Of a DNA stretch of 64,000 nt, positions 30,611 to 62,409 are shown in pieces. Positions within the stretch are counted from its first letter, which is position 1. Each line of letters starts with the position of its first letter. The DNA is from the human T2T-CHM13v2.0 reference genome, Homo sapiens: the NCBI RefSeq assembly GCF_009914755.1, contig NC_060941.1, one strand, 5' to 3'. The position numbers were made by a program, and so were the translations under genes. Under the pieces are notes generated by a model that saw only the letters and a program-made list of their open reading frames with translations, was not told the DNA's origin and did no database searches.

Positions 30611-30863
30611 AACATAACCAAGGACACACAGGTGACCAGGTGGTTTACTGCCTTTCTACTAAATAATATTAATGCCAAACTATGGAAACAAGTTTTAAGA
30701 GCTTGTTAACTATTGCAACCAACCAACAAAAAAGAACTCAAAATGCAAACTATAAATGACCAGTCATGGCTTGGTTAATAAAAAGTAAAAAAATAAAATA
30801 ATGACAAACTTGTATACTTCACAATTATAATCCTAGATAGAAACATAAAAGAAACCTCATTAC

Positions 30864-30997
30864 CTGTCAGAACCTGGGTGAAATTCTGAAAGCAAGGAAG
30901 GTCGCCTTCGAAGCTGTTGCTGCTGCTGTTGCTGCAAAAGCTGTGATGCCTGACTCACTTCAAGATGAGAGGAACGATAATCAGGGACTGCGAACTC
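30864..30997 (-). CDS. NCOR1: NCOR1 exon 3 (134 nt, includes Q7 tract)
   Basis: Translates EFAVPDYRSSHLEVSQASQLLQQQQQQQLRRRPSLLSEFHPGSD(R); AG 30998-30999, donor AG|gtaatg; phase 0-2 fits exon 4. Confidence 0.97.
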
Positions 30998-31589
30998 CTA
31001 GTATTAAAATAATCATAAATCAATTATTAACCAAAAACTGAACAACATCATGAAATCAAAGCAAGTATAAAGGTAGTTATGGGCCACTAAGTATGGAAAG
31101 AAAGAGCAATGACTATTTCAATCCTTCATTGATCTAATTCTTCCCCTTAAAATAATCAACATTTTAACTATATATCATTAAAAAAATCCAAAATGAAATT
31201 TCAAGTTTAATCTATATTGACTCATTCCTCTAATAACAAATTACAATAACTCCCAATCTGTATTACTCACATCAGTAAAATCTCAAACTCATGTGTTCAA
31301 TATGAAATCCTAAAAAGCATTCCAATACTAAATTCATAATGAGTAAGCTGGAAGAAGGGTAATGGAAGTCTAATCAAATCCATCCACACTTACAATGAAG
31401 AAACTGAAGTACAGAGAATCAACCTGCTAGTTAAGAGTAGTAGTTTTTCCCATCAAAACTAGGTGAGTGTTTTTATGTTTGTTTTTGTACCTTTCCTTTG
31501 TTGGTTGTTGTTTTTTTTTTTTTGGCAAAAACTTCTTTTCCAAACAAATCTATTGTGCTAACTCAATCATAAACAGAAAAACACAGAAT

Positions 31590-32470
<881 letters not shown>

Positions 32471-33048
32471 TTTAAAAATCATAAACAGATAAAATTATGC
32501 TGTCCAGGATAAAACAGAGGGTAGATAAGCCATTGAGAGCCCTTCTCTATAAGTTATGAGTAAAAAATAACTCATAGTCTAAGAAGAAATCTCAGATATA
32601 AAGTTGAAAACATAAAAAAACCATTTAAAAAACTTTTTCAGCCTGGCACAGTGGCTCATGCCTGTAATCCCAGCACTTTGGGAGGCCAAAGCGGGCAGAT
32701 CACAAGGTCAGGAGTTTGAGAACAGCCTGGCCAACACAGTGAAACCCCATCTCCACTAAAAACACAAAAAATTAGCTGGGCGTGGTGGCGTGCTCCTGTA
32801 ATCCCAGCTACTCAGGAGGCTGAGGCAGGAGAATCACGTGAACCCAGGAGGGGGAGGGTGCAGTGAGCTGAGATCGTACCATTGCACTCTAGTCCAAGCA
32901 AAAGTGCAAGACTCCATCTCAAAAAAAAAAAATTTTTTTTTCAAAGGCACCAAAACAAAAAGGAATTTACATCCAAGGAAATAGGTAAAACAGTAAATAA
33001 AAGTAAAAAGGACCTAGAAAATATTAATAATAGCCTCAAAAAGAATCA

Positions 33049-33282
<234 letters not shown>

Positions 33283-33454
33283 CTAGACGAAGCCACTGCA
33301 CTCCAGCCTAGGTGACAGAGCAAGACTCTGTCTCAAAAAAACAAAAAAAAATAGTCAGTCCTCATCACAAGGGTTTGTTAAAAATAAAAATAAAAAAAAA
33401 TAACAACAGAATCAAATAGCAGGCCGGGCATGGTAGCTCACACCTGTAATCTTA

Positions 33455-33721
<267 letters not shown>

Positions 33722-33739
33722 TTATTAAAGAATCAAAGA

Positions 33740-38090
<4,351 letters not shown>

Positions 38091-38771
38091 CTAACTCTGT
38101 AATCATGACTGCACTTCAAAGGAGTCCTCAGGAGGACCCTGTAGTACATTCTGATGACAAATCTGCTTTCTTAGTCTCTGAGAGGACCGTTTTATCCCAT
38201 CCTTTCCTATTTTTCTTTAAACCTCTTACACCCATAACCTTGGTCTACTCTGATATGATTATTTCACCTCATACTTTATTTTTCACAAGGTAAATCAATC
38301 TCTTACAAACTCTTCCTATGATAAAGTCTTCCTTCCTAACTACCATCCCTTCCTTCCTACCTACTATACAAATCTTCCTACCATCAATTTCTTAAAAAGA
38401 GAGAGGTCTTTATCTTGGCCCTCACCCAAGACATGCCAAGTTATCTGGCCAGCTTAAAACTCAGCCACAACTTGGGAGTATAAATATAGGTCTTACCCCA
38501 GAAATTCTAGAGAATTGGTAAGTTTTCTATTTATCATCAACTCCTATCATGAAAAGCAAAGACAAGTTCAACTCCTGAAATCAGCATAAAGCCACAGTAA
38601 GACAGAAATAATTAATTCCCAATCTTTGGTTCCTTGTCTTTGTAAATAGCTCTTGCAACTTAAAAAAAAAAAAGATAAATTTGGTGGTTTCTGTCCCACA
38701 TGTGTATTAAATAGGAAAAGTAAAGAAAAACACAAAAAACATGTGCAATTTGCATACTATCTGTTCCTTAC

Positions 38772-38879
38772 CTGCTGGTGGCGGGTGTTGGGAAATGTAT
38801 ACTGGACAGAGTGAGGAGGATAACGACTTTGTTCTGTGCTGAATGCTCCTTGGTTGGGAGGATAACCTGAACTTGACAT
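38772..38879 (-). CDS. NCOR1: NCOR1 exon 2 coding part (start codon, aa 1-36)
   Basis: ATG at 38879; MSSSGYPPNQGAFSTEQSRYPPHSVQYTFPNTRHQQ; donor CAG|gtaagg. Confidence 0.97.
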
Positions 38880-38949
38880 TATCAGTAAAGAAGTCCTCAC
38901 CAGACTGTGAGATCAATGCCAATAAACAATCATGTTTCTAGGAAACCAC
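38880..38949 (-). other. NCOR1: NCOR1 exon 2 5'UTR part (70 nt)
   Basis: Acceptor ttttttctcatcctgtttag| with AG at 38950-38951. Confidence 0.9.
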
Positions 38950-39446
38950 CTAAACAGGATGAGAAAAAAACAGAATTAGTAAGAACTAAAACACCAAGTG
39001 TACTTCTAATAAATTATAACTATAGCTACATAAATAAAACCACAATTACCAGTAAAAGCTTCCTCTCATGTATTTACTTAATAAAAGTTACCAAGGTTTG
39101 AAAACATTAATGCATCATTTCTTTTTATACTTAAAATAGGTTAATATGTGACAAATAATATAATTAGTTATATAAAGTAAAAACAGTATATAAAAACAGC
39201 ATAAGATCTGGCACATAATAACTGCTCAGTAAATATCTTTCTATAAATGTCTGAGAAATATAAAGACAAAAATACATGGTTTTAAATTTGGGAGTTGATA
39301 AGTCAATTGCGAAAAGAATTCAAGAGTAGTTTTAAGGTAAGCATTTGTGCAGAGGGAAGTATTGTCTTTATTAAATAATTCTGAAGCAAGGATGATAAAA
39401 TACTAAGTTTTGTAATCACAGATGGTAGGTAGATGGACATTTGTTA

Positions 39447-39903
<457 letters not shown>

Positions 39904-41184
39904 TCAAATTACTCTAGTATTATGAGGTTTCATATCCAGCAGGACAAGTTTCACCTCATTGTGCTTTGCTGTTGCTGCTACTTTCACCGCCTTCCCAGCT
40001 ATTCTAGCACATTTCCTCTTACACACAAGCATCAGAGTCAGCTTGTCAGGTCCCAGAGAATTCTGGATGAGAACACATAAATACTGAATTTACAGACTGA
40101 CTAATGGGAGAACAGGTACTGTTATACTCCTGAGTATTCCCATCCTAAAACATGATTATCTATGTTTATGTTTCAGGATAGCACAAATGTTTATGTTATA
40201 CATAATTAATATGTATTTTACATACATATGATAGAGAATATTACATATGTATAAAAATGTGTGCCATAATATATAATTTCTATCTTAATTATATATAAAA
40301 CTCCCATGACAAAAATTTTATATACACATATACACACGTGCATGTGTGTGCATACTCTCTTACTTTAAGACAGGAGTTCTATTATTACCTAATTGGGTGG
40401 TTTTAAAAAATAGAATTTATATATGATGAAAATTATATAATTGTATATATAAAAATATAACATATATAATTTTATATATATAAAATCTCCACACATTTAG
40501 TATTTTATTAGTAAAGTTTTAATTTTGTTTCCATCATTTCAAGGGATTTGGGAAGAGGGCAAATTCGAAAAATAATTCACTGTGACAACTTGATCAATTT
40601 CCCAGTTTTTATCAATATATTCTTTATCCAGTTAGGTTTAAAAAATAAAATTTTTTAGGGAATTGTCATTCAATCTAACTTTAAAATAAAACTTATAGGC
40701 TGGCCACAGTGGCTCACACCTGTAATCCCAGCACTTTGGGAAGTCAAGATCAGAGGATCTCCTAAGGCCAGGCGTTCAAGACCAGTCTGGGCAATGAAGC
40801 CAGACCTATGTCTACAAGAAAATTAAAATAATAATAATAACAATTAGTCAGGCGGCTGGGCGTGGTGGCTCATGCCTGTAGTCCCAGCACTTTGGGAGGC
40901 CAAGGCGGGTGGATCATGAGGTCAGGAGATCGAGACCATCCTGGCTAACGCGGTGAAACCCTGTCTCTACTAAAAATACAAAAAAGTAGCAGGGCGTGGT
41001 GGCGGGTGCCTGTAGTCCCAGCTACTGGGGAGACTGAGGCAGGAGAATGGCGTGAACCCGGGAGGCGGAGCTTGCCGTGAGCCAAGATCGGGCCACTGCA
41101 TGCCAGCCTGGGCAACAGAGCAAGACTCTGTCTCAAAAAAAAAAAAAAAAGAAAAGAAAAAAAAAAGAAAAAAATAATTAGTCA

Positions 41185-41358
<174 letters not shown>

Positions 41359-41428
41359 TTAAGGCCGGGCGCGGTGGCTCACGCACTTTAGGAGGCCAGC
41401 GCAGGCAGATCACGAGGTCAGGAGTTCA

Positions 41429-41656
<228 letters not shown>

Positions 41657-42749
41657 CTATGTGGTACCATGTAATATATAAATATTTTAAATAAATATAC
41701 CATCCTCCTCCTGATGTCATGTTTCCTGCTGTTGTGAAAGCTGACCAGGAGAAGAGTCAGAAGACTGACCAGCTGACCCTCAGCCTGTTTTTTCCCTGCT
41801 CCCTTCCTGAGGCATGGAGATCAGCAAATCTTAAGGATTGTAAGGTTGAGATTACCCAACTAACACTGATTTGACAGGTGAGAAATCTGAAGATCAGAGA
41901 AAGTCAATAATTCCTCTAATATCACAAAATTGTGGCAAAATGGGAAAAACTAATGTTTTCTGCAATGCTTTGCAGCTTTCTCAGCAAGCAGTGAACTAGG
42001 AGGAGCTGAGATGTTCAGTGAGAGCACACATTAAAACCACCTGAGGAGCTTTCTCCTCATCCATACACCTGCAACTGCTCCAGGTGGAAGGGGAAAAGCC
42101 AGCATGTGGCATCGTGAGGAGGGTTGATCTTTTTGGAAATAAATATTATATGTAGGACTTAAGAAAAAGTACCGCAGAATATAAAGCGAAAAATCTCCTC
42201 GCCCTTCTTCTCCAGCTGCTACCCAGTTACACTCCCAGAAGGCAACCAAAGTTACTAGTTTCTAGAGTGTCCTTTAGAAATATCCTACACATACATACAC
42301 TCACACTTTTTCCCCTATGTAAATGGTGGCATACTAGAAACACACTGTTCTGTATCTTGCTTTTATTACTTAATACATCTTGGTTGGCCAGGCGCGGTGG
42401 CTCACACCTGTAATCCCAGCACTGTGGGAGGCCAAGGCGGGCGGATCACGAGGTCAGGAGATCGAGATCATCCTGGCTAACACGGTGAAACCCCATCTCT
42501 ACTAAAAATACAAAAAAATTAGCCAAGCATGGTGGCGGGCGCCTGTAGTTCCAGCTACTCAGGAGGCTGAGGCGGGAGAATGGCATGAACCCAGGAGGCA
42601 GAGCTTGCAGTGAGCCGAGATTGCGCCACTACCCTCTAGCCTGGGCAACAGAGTGAGACTCCGTCTCAAAAAAAAAAAAAAAAAAAAACATCTTGGCAAT
42701 TATTCTCATCAATTTATGGTTCTTTCTATTGCTAAACAGTATTTCTCTA

Positions 42750-43256
<507 letters not shown>

Positions 43257-43514
43257 CTAAATGATTAGAAACCCATGAGGTACAATTTTTTAATGCACAT
43301 TGTTTAACTTTCAGCTATGGTGAGTCCTGAGTTCAACAATTACACTCAATGTCACTCAAAGTCACAAGTTAAGTGACTTGTCCATTTTTTCCCTCATCTC
43401 AGTAATCCTTCCTTGTCCGTTTTGTGGTATGACTTTAGTGAAGTTTAACTTTATTATCTCAAAAAAAAAAAAAGTCAGTTTTCTTTAAAAGTACTATCCG
43501 CCCAATACAGAAGG

Positions 43515-43552
43515 AAAAAAAAAAAAACACACACACACACACACACACACAC
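43515..43552. repeat. A-run + (CA)n microsatellite
   Basis: Direct read. Confidence 0.9.
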
Positions 43553-44512
43553 TAGCAAAATCAGGAAATTAGCCCCTACTAGCATACAAATTTACAGGTC
43601 AAAGCAAGCCCTTCCTGTCCTCGCATGAACTGCAGCCTGGAGACCACGACAACCTCCTTCCTCAAAACTTATCCATGAGATACACGGCAACAGTGCTCAG
43701 ATTTTGTTTTTTAACCAGAATGTTTTCCTCAAAAGTCTTAAATGAAAGCTAAATGTACAAAAGATACAATGGAGAAACATTCCGATCTAGTAAGAATGGG
43801 AGACCTAGGATTCATCTTTTCAGTCTCCCCCTGCCCTTTCCCATCCTTCCCTCCACCCTTCACTCTAGTCCTGGCTCACTAAGATACCTCGGCAGAATAC
43901 TTTACATTTGAAACCCACTGAAATAAAAGAATCTAGTTTAAAGTTCAGACTGAAGGGGAAGGGAGCACCTTAAGTGGCAGTATCAAATTATAATTTCAGT
44001 TCTTAGCACCAAAACTCATTAACTCAGGGTAGTTACATGGTTGACTCATGAACTGAAAAAATTCTACGAATTGTTTAAGAAATCTGATCGAGATTTTATA
44101 AGCAACTTCCTCATCTCTTAAATATCAACATATAATGTTTTAGGATGGGAATAATATAGTAATAATTATATGTCACTGTCATAAAAGACAACAGCACTTC
44201 TAACTGAATTATACAGATAAACCCAGAACTAGCCTCTTATATATTGCAAACAGGTAATACAATATTGCAAAATGAAATTGATCTATTTAAGTTCCTTTTT
44301 AAATCCTCTCATATTAAATAAACGCACACATATTTACTCAACAGGAAAATCTTGCAACAACAAAATTTCAAATACTATCCTGCCAAAAAAAAAAGCAATT
44401 TTTCCTCTCAGCAGGAACTCCTGGCTTTTGGCCCACAATTTTTGCATAACCAAAATGTGTTATGCAAAGGTGTTCAAGGTGGCCTAAGCTATCTTGGAAA
44501 AAAAGCTAAAAA

Positions 44513-46722
<2,210 letters not shown>

Positions 46723-47346
46723 AGAACAAATATACTTCACAACCAAAGTGGATGACTACATGCCAATTCCCTCCTTGATTAACACAAAAGAAGAACAAAG
46801 AAATTGAGATAAGAACAATTTTAATGTAGATATTTGGCCTGAATTAATAGATATAACAATGTCTAAGTGGATATTACTAAAAGAGTTACCATTTACTGAG
46901 CTCTAGATATATACTAGCCAGTGTACTAAGACTTGGTGTGTGCGTGAGCTCACCTAAAAGTCTGGTTCCACTATTATCTCTAAGGCTGTAGGAAAGCTAC
47001 ATAACTTCCTCAAGCTATGTTTTTCTAACTCAGAGACAGATACCTTAAAGATCATCTGCTGCTGCCTCCCCTTTGACCCACTAACAGAGACTACAGGTTA
47101 ATCAAGGGTTATGAACAGACTCTGTTTTTTGCTGCACCCCTCTCAGCACCCCCGAGCTCCATAAATCTTAAAGTCAAATGCTCTTAGCCTACTTTATTTT
47201 GGTACACACCTTAGAAACAAACAGAACTATCAAACACCTGTGAAGGTAAAGATCAGCTCTGTTCTGCTCTACATGGCCTCTGCAGCAGCTAGCAGTACTT
47301 AGCTCTCAGTAACACCCACTCCAACAGCAAGTTGTTTAGCTGTTCC

Positions 47347-47348
<2 letters not shown>

Positions 47349-47380
<32 letters not shown>
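47349..47380. repeat. (AC)n microsatellite
   Basis: Direct read. Confidence 0.95.
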
Positions 47381-47384
<4 letters not shown>

Positions 47385-47399
47385 AAGCTTCCCAGGCCT

Positions 47400-48005
47400 C
47401 TCCATCTAACTACCACCATCCTTACCTCTTGCTGCAAAAAAACTCCTAACTGGGCTTCCCACTTCAATACTTTCTCAACTCAAAAAGCCAAGTGTTCTTT
47501 TTAAACCTTAAATCAGAACATGTCACTCTCCTGCTTCAGATTCCCCAAGGATTTCCTACGCACCGCAAATAAAGTCTCAAGTACTTACGATGACCCAAGG
47601 CCCTACTTGATTTGGCCTGCTTACTTTCCAGATTGCTCACTAGGCCCCAGCAACATGAGTTTCCTTTCAGTTTCTTCAGGAGCCCTTCTCTGCCAGGTCC
47701 TTCCTAACTGGGTCTTTGTCCTTTACTCTCTGCCAGGAAAGCTGTTCCTGGCTCATTCAGGTGGCTAGCTCCTCCTCAAACTTAAGGTCTCAGTTCAAAT
47801 GTCATCTCAGAAGAGTCTTTCTAACCACGCTACATATAAGGTAAGCTCCCACAAGTTACTCTCAATCACATCACCCTTTTTGTTCCTTTATAGGTTTATC
47901 ATAATCTGAAATGGATTACGTACTTCATTTTATTTAAGTATATTCTGTCTTCCCTCACTAGAATAAAAACTACCTGTTTGATTCTCTACAATATTTGTTG
48001 AATAA
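47400..48005 (+). mobile_element. L2 3' fragment
   Basis: aaatcagaacatgtcactctcctgctt, tctcagttcaaatgtcatctc, terminal aatatttgttgaat. Confidence 0.7.
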
Positions 48006-48059
48006 AATAAACAAACAAACTCCCATTCATGGGTCTAATTTTTTTAAAAGAAATAAGAA

Positions 48060-48700
48060 ATATACGAATATACGAGACTTATCTGTACAGGACTTATTTG
48101 AAGCAAAGTGTGAAAATCTATTGAGGGACATAAAAATCTATTTGAACACAGGACAGAAAGTATATAAAGATGTCAATTTCCCCAAACTTCACCTACAATT
48201 TCAGTATTCCCAATCAATATTCAGCATTCAATAAAAATCTCTATGATTTCTTTTTGAATGTCACAGAATGATTCTAAAGTTCATCTAGAAGAACACATAG
48301 ACCAGAATTGTCAAAGTCTGAAAAAAAGAGTAATGAACAGGTAACTAACCCCATCTGTATTAAAATTATAAAATGATAGTAATTTAAAGTATATGGTAAT
48401 CAAAGAGATCAAAATAAAATAATAAGAGATCAAAATAAAATAATACACAAGAGATCAAAATAAAATAACAAGACCAATCAGAAATAGTCCCAAACACATT
48501 TAGTAAATGACAAAAGCTGCAATTCTAATAGTGGGGCAAAAAACAGATTATTCACTAAATGGTGCTGACACAACTAGCTAGTTAGGGTAGAATTCACACA
48601 CAATTTTATCCCCCAAAATATGTCTCACTTCTTATACCAGAAATAAATTCCAGATGGATCAAAGAATTAGAAGTTTTAAAAAGAGAAGGAAAAGGAGAAA
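48060..48700 (+). mobile_element. Old L1 ORF2 fragment
   Basis: aaagatgtcaatttccccaaa, attctaaagttcatctagaa, aaatggtgctg. Confidence 0.65.
48403..48468. repeat. Three copies of aagagatcaaaataaaataa
   Basis: 48403-48422, 48424-48443, 48449-48468. Confidence 0.9.
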
Positions 48701-49029
48701 AAGAAACCACTGAAGTATTAAATTACAACCTGGGGACTCCTTTGTTTTAAAAATACAAAAAGGCATGCAGTTAAAAAGTCTTCCTCTCACTCATTCTTCT
48801 TACTATGACAACCAATGTTTCCAAGTATCATATATCCTGCGATATACAAGCAAACATGTATACATTGTTTTTCATCTTTAAAGCAAAGACACATAGAGGC
48901 ATATAATGTTCCTCGCTTTGTTTTTCTAGTTTAGTAGATAGGTGAATATTTTACATTTTGGAGTAAGGAAAGTCTTAAGTAGAGCACAAAACACAAAAGT
49001 CACATAAATAGACTAATAAGAGTCACAGC

Positions 49030-49180
49030 TAACATTTATTATTTACTTACTTTGTGCCAGCCACTATGCCTAATGCTATTTACATTATCTCCATTTTACA
49101 AATAAGGAAATTAAGGTGTACAGAGATTAAATAATGTGCCCAAGGTCCCACAGCAGCATGGTGCTGGGTTTGGATATATC
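49030..49180 (-). mobile_element. MIR
   Basis: attatctccattttacaaataaggaaattaagg.acagaga.taaataa.tgcccaaggtc core. Confidence 0.7.
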
Positions 49181-49246
49181 TGACTACATAACATTACAAA
49201 AGAATAGCTAGGGGGATATGTGCACACACATGAATAAAGTGAGTGA

Positions 49247-57820
<8,574 letters not shown>

Positions 57821-59672
57821 GATAAAATCAGCGAAGGGCCTATCCTGCTCTCAAGAGATAAAATAGGTACATAAATACCTACAAGATAGAAAGTGTAAAT
57901 GCCGCGAGAGATGTGCAGAAAAAGCATTACAGGAGCCCAGAGGGAGCTGTTACCACCTCACAGAAATATAACCCCTTCAATCTGTTTAAAACAATTTTAT
58001 AACTATTAACTCCCTTTAGGCTCACAACAGCCAACCCTAGGAGAGTAGATGTTTACCTAATATTCAAGATGAGGAAACTGAAGCACAGAAAGGTTGATCA
58101 AGTTCCAAAATCACATAGTTAGAGCAAGAATCAAGATACTTTGTATTATATTTTCTCCGGGGGAGTAGTTCAACATATGGCAAGCCTTTTGTAAAAGGAA
58201 AGAGTATTTTAGTATTGTAAGTAATCAGTTCCTACTGTGAGCATTTTATACATAGCTATATCCATATATACAATTAATCTTGATTTCCATTAACAGGTGT
58301 GCTTAAAGCAAGGCCAAGCAACTGGGTACTATAAATATTAAAACAAATAAATAAACTTCCACCGGATGTTAACAGAAAAAGAAAAAAAGATACAAGATTT
58401 CTCTCTCCAGTAACTTGCGGTTACTTCTTCTGTAATTGTTACCCTTGTCTAAATAACATTCTAAAATTGGTCTGCTCCTGAGCCCGGGCAAGTACAAGTT
58501 GGTTCATCCAATAAATATCTTCATGAAAAGGTACATCAAAACATTTTAAAAAGCTATTAAAAATTAAACGATGCCATCAACTCTTCAGTTATCCACAGGA
58601 CAATCACATGTGACCCAGCATCAGCAGCTATTGATCAAGATATATTGAACGAATGAATGAATCTTTGTAGGCATTTTTAAATCCCGGGCCTGTTGCTCCT
58701 TGCACAGTGCCATGTTCAGCCTTCCATCACTGCCTCACCAGGGTGCACACAAGGAATGTAAATTTCAATATAATTAGGATATAATTAGAGAAGCAAATCT
58801 GATGCAGGTTTACATACTAATCCCAAAGATTAGAATTACCTATACTACTACTCTCCAAGGTTAACTCTGTGGAAGAGGCACCGCAGCATGCAACATCACA
58901 TAAAGAAAACTGACACTTCCTGAGCAAATAGTTTTCGTCCATATCACTTATTCCCATCCATTCCTTTAATACATGACTATTCCTGATCCAGTTAATTTGA
59001 AGAATTCAGTCTCCTCTCCATAAAGGCTGATTTCACAACTACAGTTTCTCAAATTCCTCTCTCCCCAAAAAGGGGTGCACTTACGGACTTCGCTTAAGAA
59101 AACACCAACAATAAACGGCAGAAGGTATAGTGTTCGGATCTTTGCCATCTCCACCAGTACCCAGCCTTCGCCATTACACCCTGAAGCGGTCTGTTAGAAA
59201 GGTGAACTAATTTACTCTGCACGCACTTGTCCATGGCTGTCAACCTCCGCAGCCCCTTCTACACTTCCAAGTCGGCCACCAACTCCGCCTCAGTGAGCCC
59301 AGGCCCGCCACCTGCGCCGGCCCCACCCGGGGCACCGGCTGCCCGCTCTCCCTCGCAGGCCCTGTAGGCTCCGCACGCCCCTCCGCACAGGACACCTCGG
59401 GGCCAGCCCCGGCCCGGCCACAGCCCATTCTTCCTCCAAACTCCATAAGCCTCCGCTAGCCCAGCCCGAGCTCCCCGCCGCGCCCGGCTCTCTCCTGGGC
59501 TGCCGAGTGGAAGAGGCCAGGCGGCCAGGACGGGTCCCGACCTGCCCAGGCCTGCGACACCCCCCGCCCGGCGGAGAAACCGTCCCAGCGGCTGCTGCCC
59601 CGGGAGCCCTCGGAAGCCCCCGGACTAGCAGGAGCCCGGAGGCCGGGGTTGCAGGCGCCAGGGCCTACTCAC

Positions 59673-59845
59673 CGGGAGCTGGCTAAGCGTGGGAGCCGAC
59701 GTGCGCCCCGGCCTGAGGAGTGGGACGCGGCCACGGCGCGCGGCCCTACACCGGGACCTCGTTCGGCGCGGCGAGTCGGACGCTCACTCCAGCCGCCGCC
59801 GCCGCCGCGGCTGCTGCTTCGCCACCTTGGCCGCCATCTTGACTC
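59673..59845 (-). other. NCOR1: NCOR1 non-coding exon 1 (TSS approximate)
   Basis: Donor CCG|gtgagt (GT 59671-59672) in CpG island; YY1 motif near the presumed start; 5' boundary inferred. Confidence 0.8.
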
Positions 59846-60525
59846 AACCCCTCTCCCTCCCCCCAGCCCGCGGAGCCGCGGCTAAGGCGGCTCCAGCGCC
59901 GGCTCCTCCTCCTTCCGGAGAGTTGGGAGACCAACTCCCTCCGCTGGCCGGGCGCCTCTCCTACCTCGGCGGAGCTTCCCGGGTCGCGCTGCGCCCGGTC
60001 TCTTCATGTCTCCTCTAGGCCTGGCAGCGGCGGTCCTCTCGGACGGATACGGGGCCGAGCAGCGCCCAGCCGGATCCAGCGCTGCTGCCATCGTGCCCTG
60101 GGCTTGTGCGCCCCCCGCCTGCCCGTCTGTTCCGCGCGCCCGAGGCCTTCCTCAGGCGTGGGAAAAGGAAAAACTCCAGGCCGTGGAAGGGACCCTGCAA
60201 ACCCCTCCGCGGCGTGGTGGGGCGGCGGCGGCCTCCTCTGGCCGGAGCTGCGTACAGGGAAGCTGGTCCCCTCGTGGCTGGGAGCTGGAGGGGTGCATTT
60301 CGACCTGCCCAAGATACTTTCTAGGGCTCTGGCTGGAATTCGCACCAAGCCCTCACTGAAATGCTGGGCGAGGCCGATTTGTCCACGATGTTGCTCCTTA
60401 ACCTTAAGTTACTTGCAAGAGGAGCCTGTGGCCCTCGCGACTGTTAAGTGCACGCTCAGCCTCACCCTGCTGGGGAAACGACGGTTCCTCGTAACCGCAC
60501 GCATACGTTCCTTTAGAAAAGCCAG

Positions 60526-61165
<640 letters not shown>

Positions 61166-61359
61166 CTATTTTGGAAAACTGTCATACGGATAACGGGCTG
61201 TCTAACCCTATAATTACGAGAAAGGCCCGAGTTTTAAGAAATGAATTCGAAAATGAAGAGGAAGGAACTCTTCCTATAAGTGGGAGCTTATATATAAGAC
61301 GCTTCCTTTTAAACCGATTGTACAGTGTGGTAGGACTAGGGTAGGAAACTGGACGGCAT

Positions 61360-61783
<424 letters not shown>

Positions 61784-62409
61784 TAGGAGGGGCGATGGGA
61801 GCCGGGGCTTTGAAAGGGATTTAAGTGCTAACCGATCTCAGTCGCCTTCTTCTCGAAGTTTTCCGTAGGGAGCTAAGTGAATACACCGAAGGTCTTACCT
61901 CTGAACCCCTCACAGCCTAGGGACAGGAGCGGCCGGCTTACCTGGTGGGTTGGGGGACGTCGGCAGCTCGCGTACTACGCCAGCAGGATTGAGGAGCAGA
62001 GAAACAGTTGCAGTTGGTTGTATTCAGTACCTGCATTTCCGTTGGGAACTCCACCTGTACTTGTTATTCTGTGGAACTTTTTTTTATTTGTAGAAGGAGC
62101 AAGAATATTGACCTTACTATATAGCACACGAAACAATCTATGCTGTATCGTGCCTGCTCAATCCTTAAAGTTAACTTCTAATGATAGTAAAAGACCTTCC
62201 TGCTGCCTTTAAAATGCAGCTTGTGCTAGTAACATGCATGTGTCAAATTGAAGAATTAGACATAGATGACTAGATAGAAAGTAATTTTGTAGGTAATTTT
62301 AGAGTTCAACTCCACCCAGCTTTCAGTGAAGGAACCTTTCAAATAATAGATTTTTGCTTACCATAGAGAAAAGATCAAATGACAAAGCAAATATTGACCA
62401 TTAAGCTGG

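Noticed and set aside
30914-30934. CAG/polyQ expansion locus
   Set aside because: Only Q7 and interrupted by CAA; normal NCOR1 sequence
38100-38160. Possible C/D snoRNA-like boxes (atgact...ctgatga)
   Set aside because: Box C not canonical, no terminal stem, antisense to the host gene
40190-40490. AT-rich quasi-palindromes
   Set aside because: Low-complexity (TA)n-derived; symmetry expected by chance
61877-62212. 111-aa plus-strand ORF in PIGL intron 1
   Set aside because: GTG start, no recognisable domain, not in frame with exon 1 via the nearby acceptors
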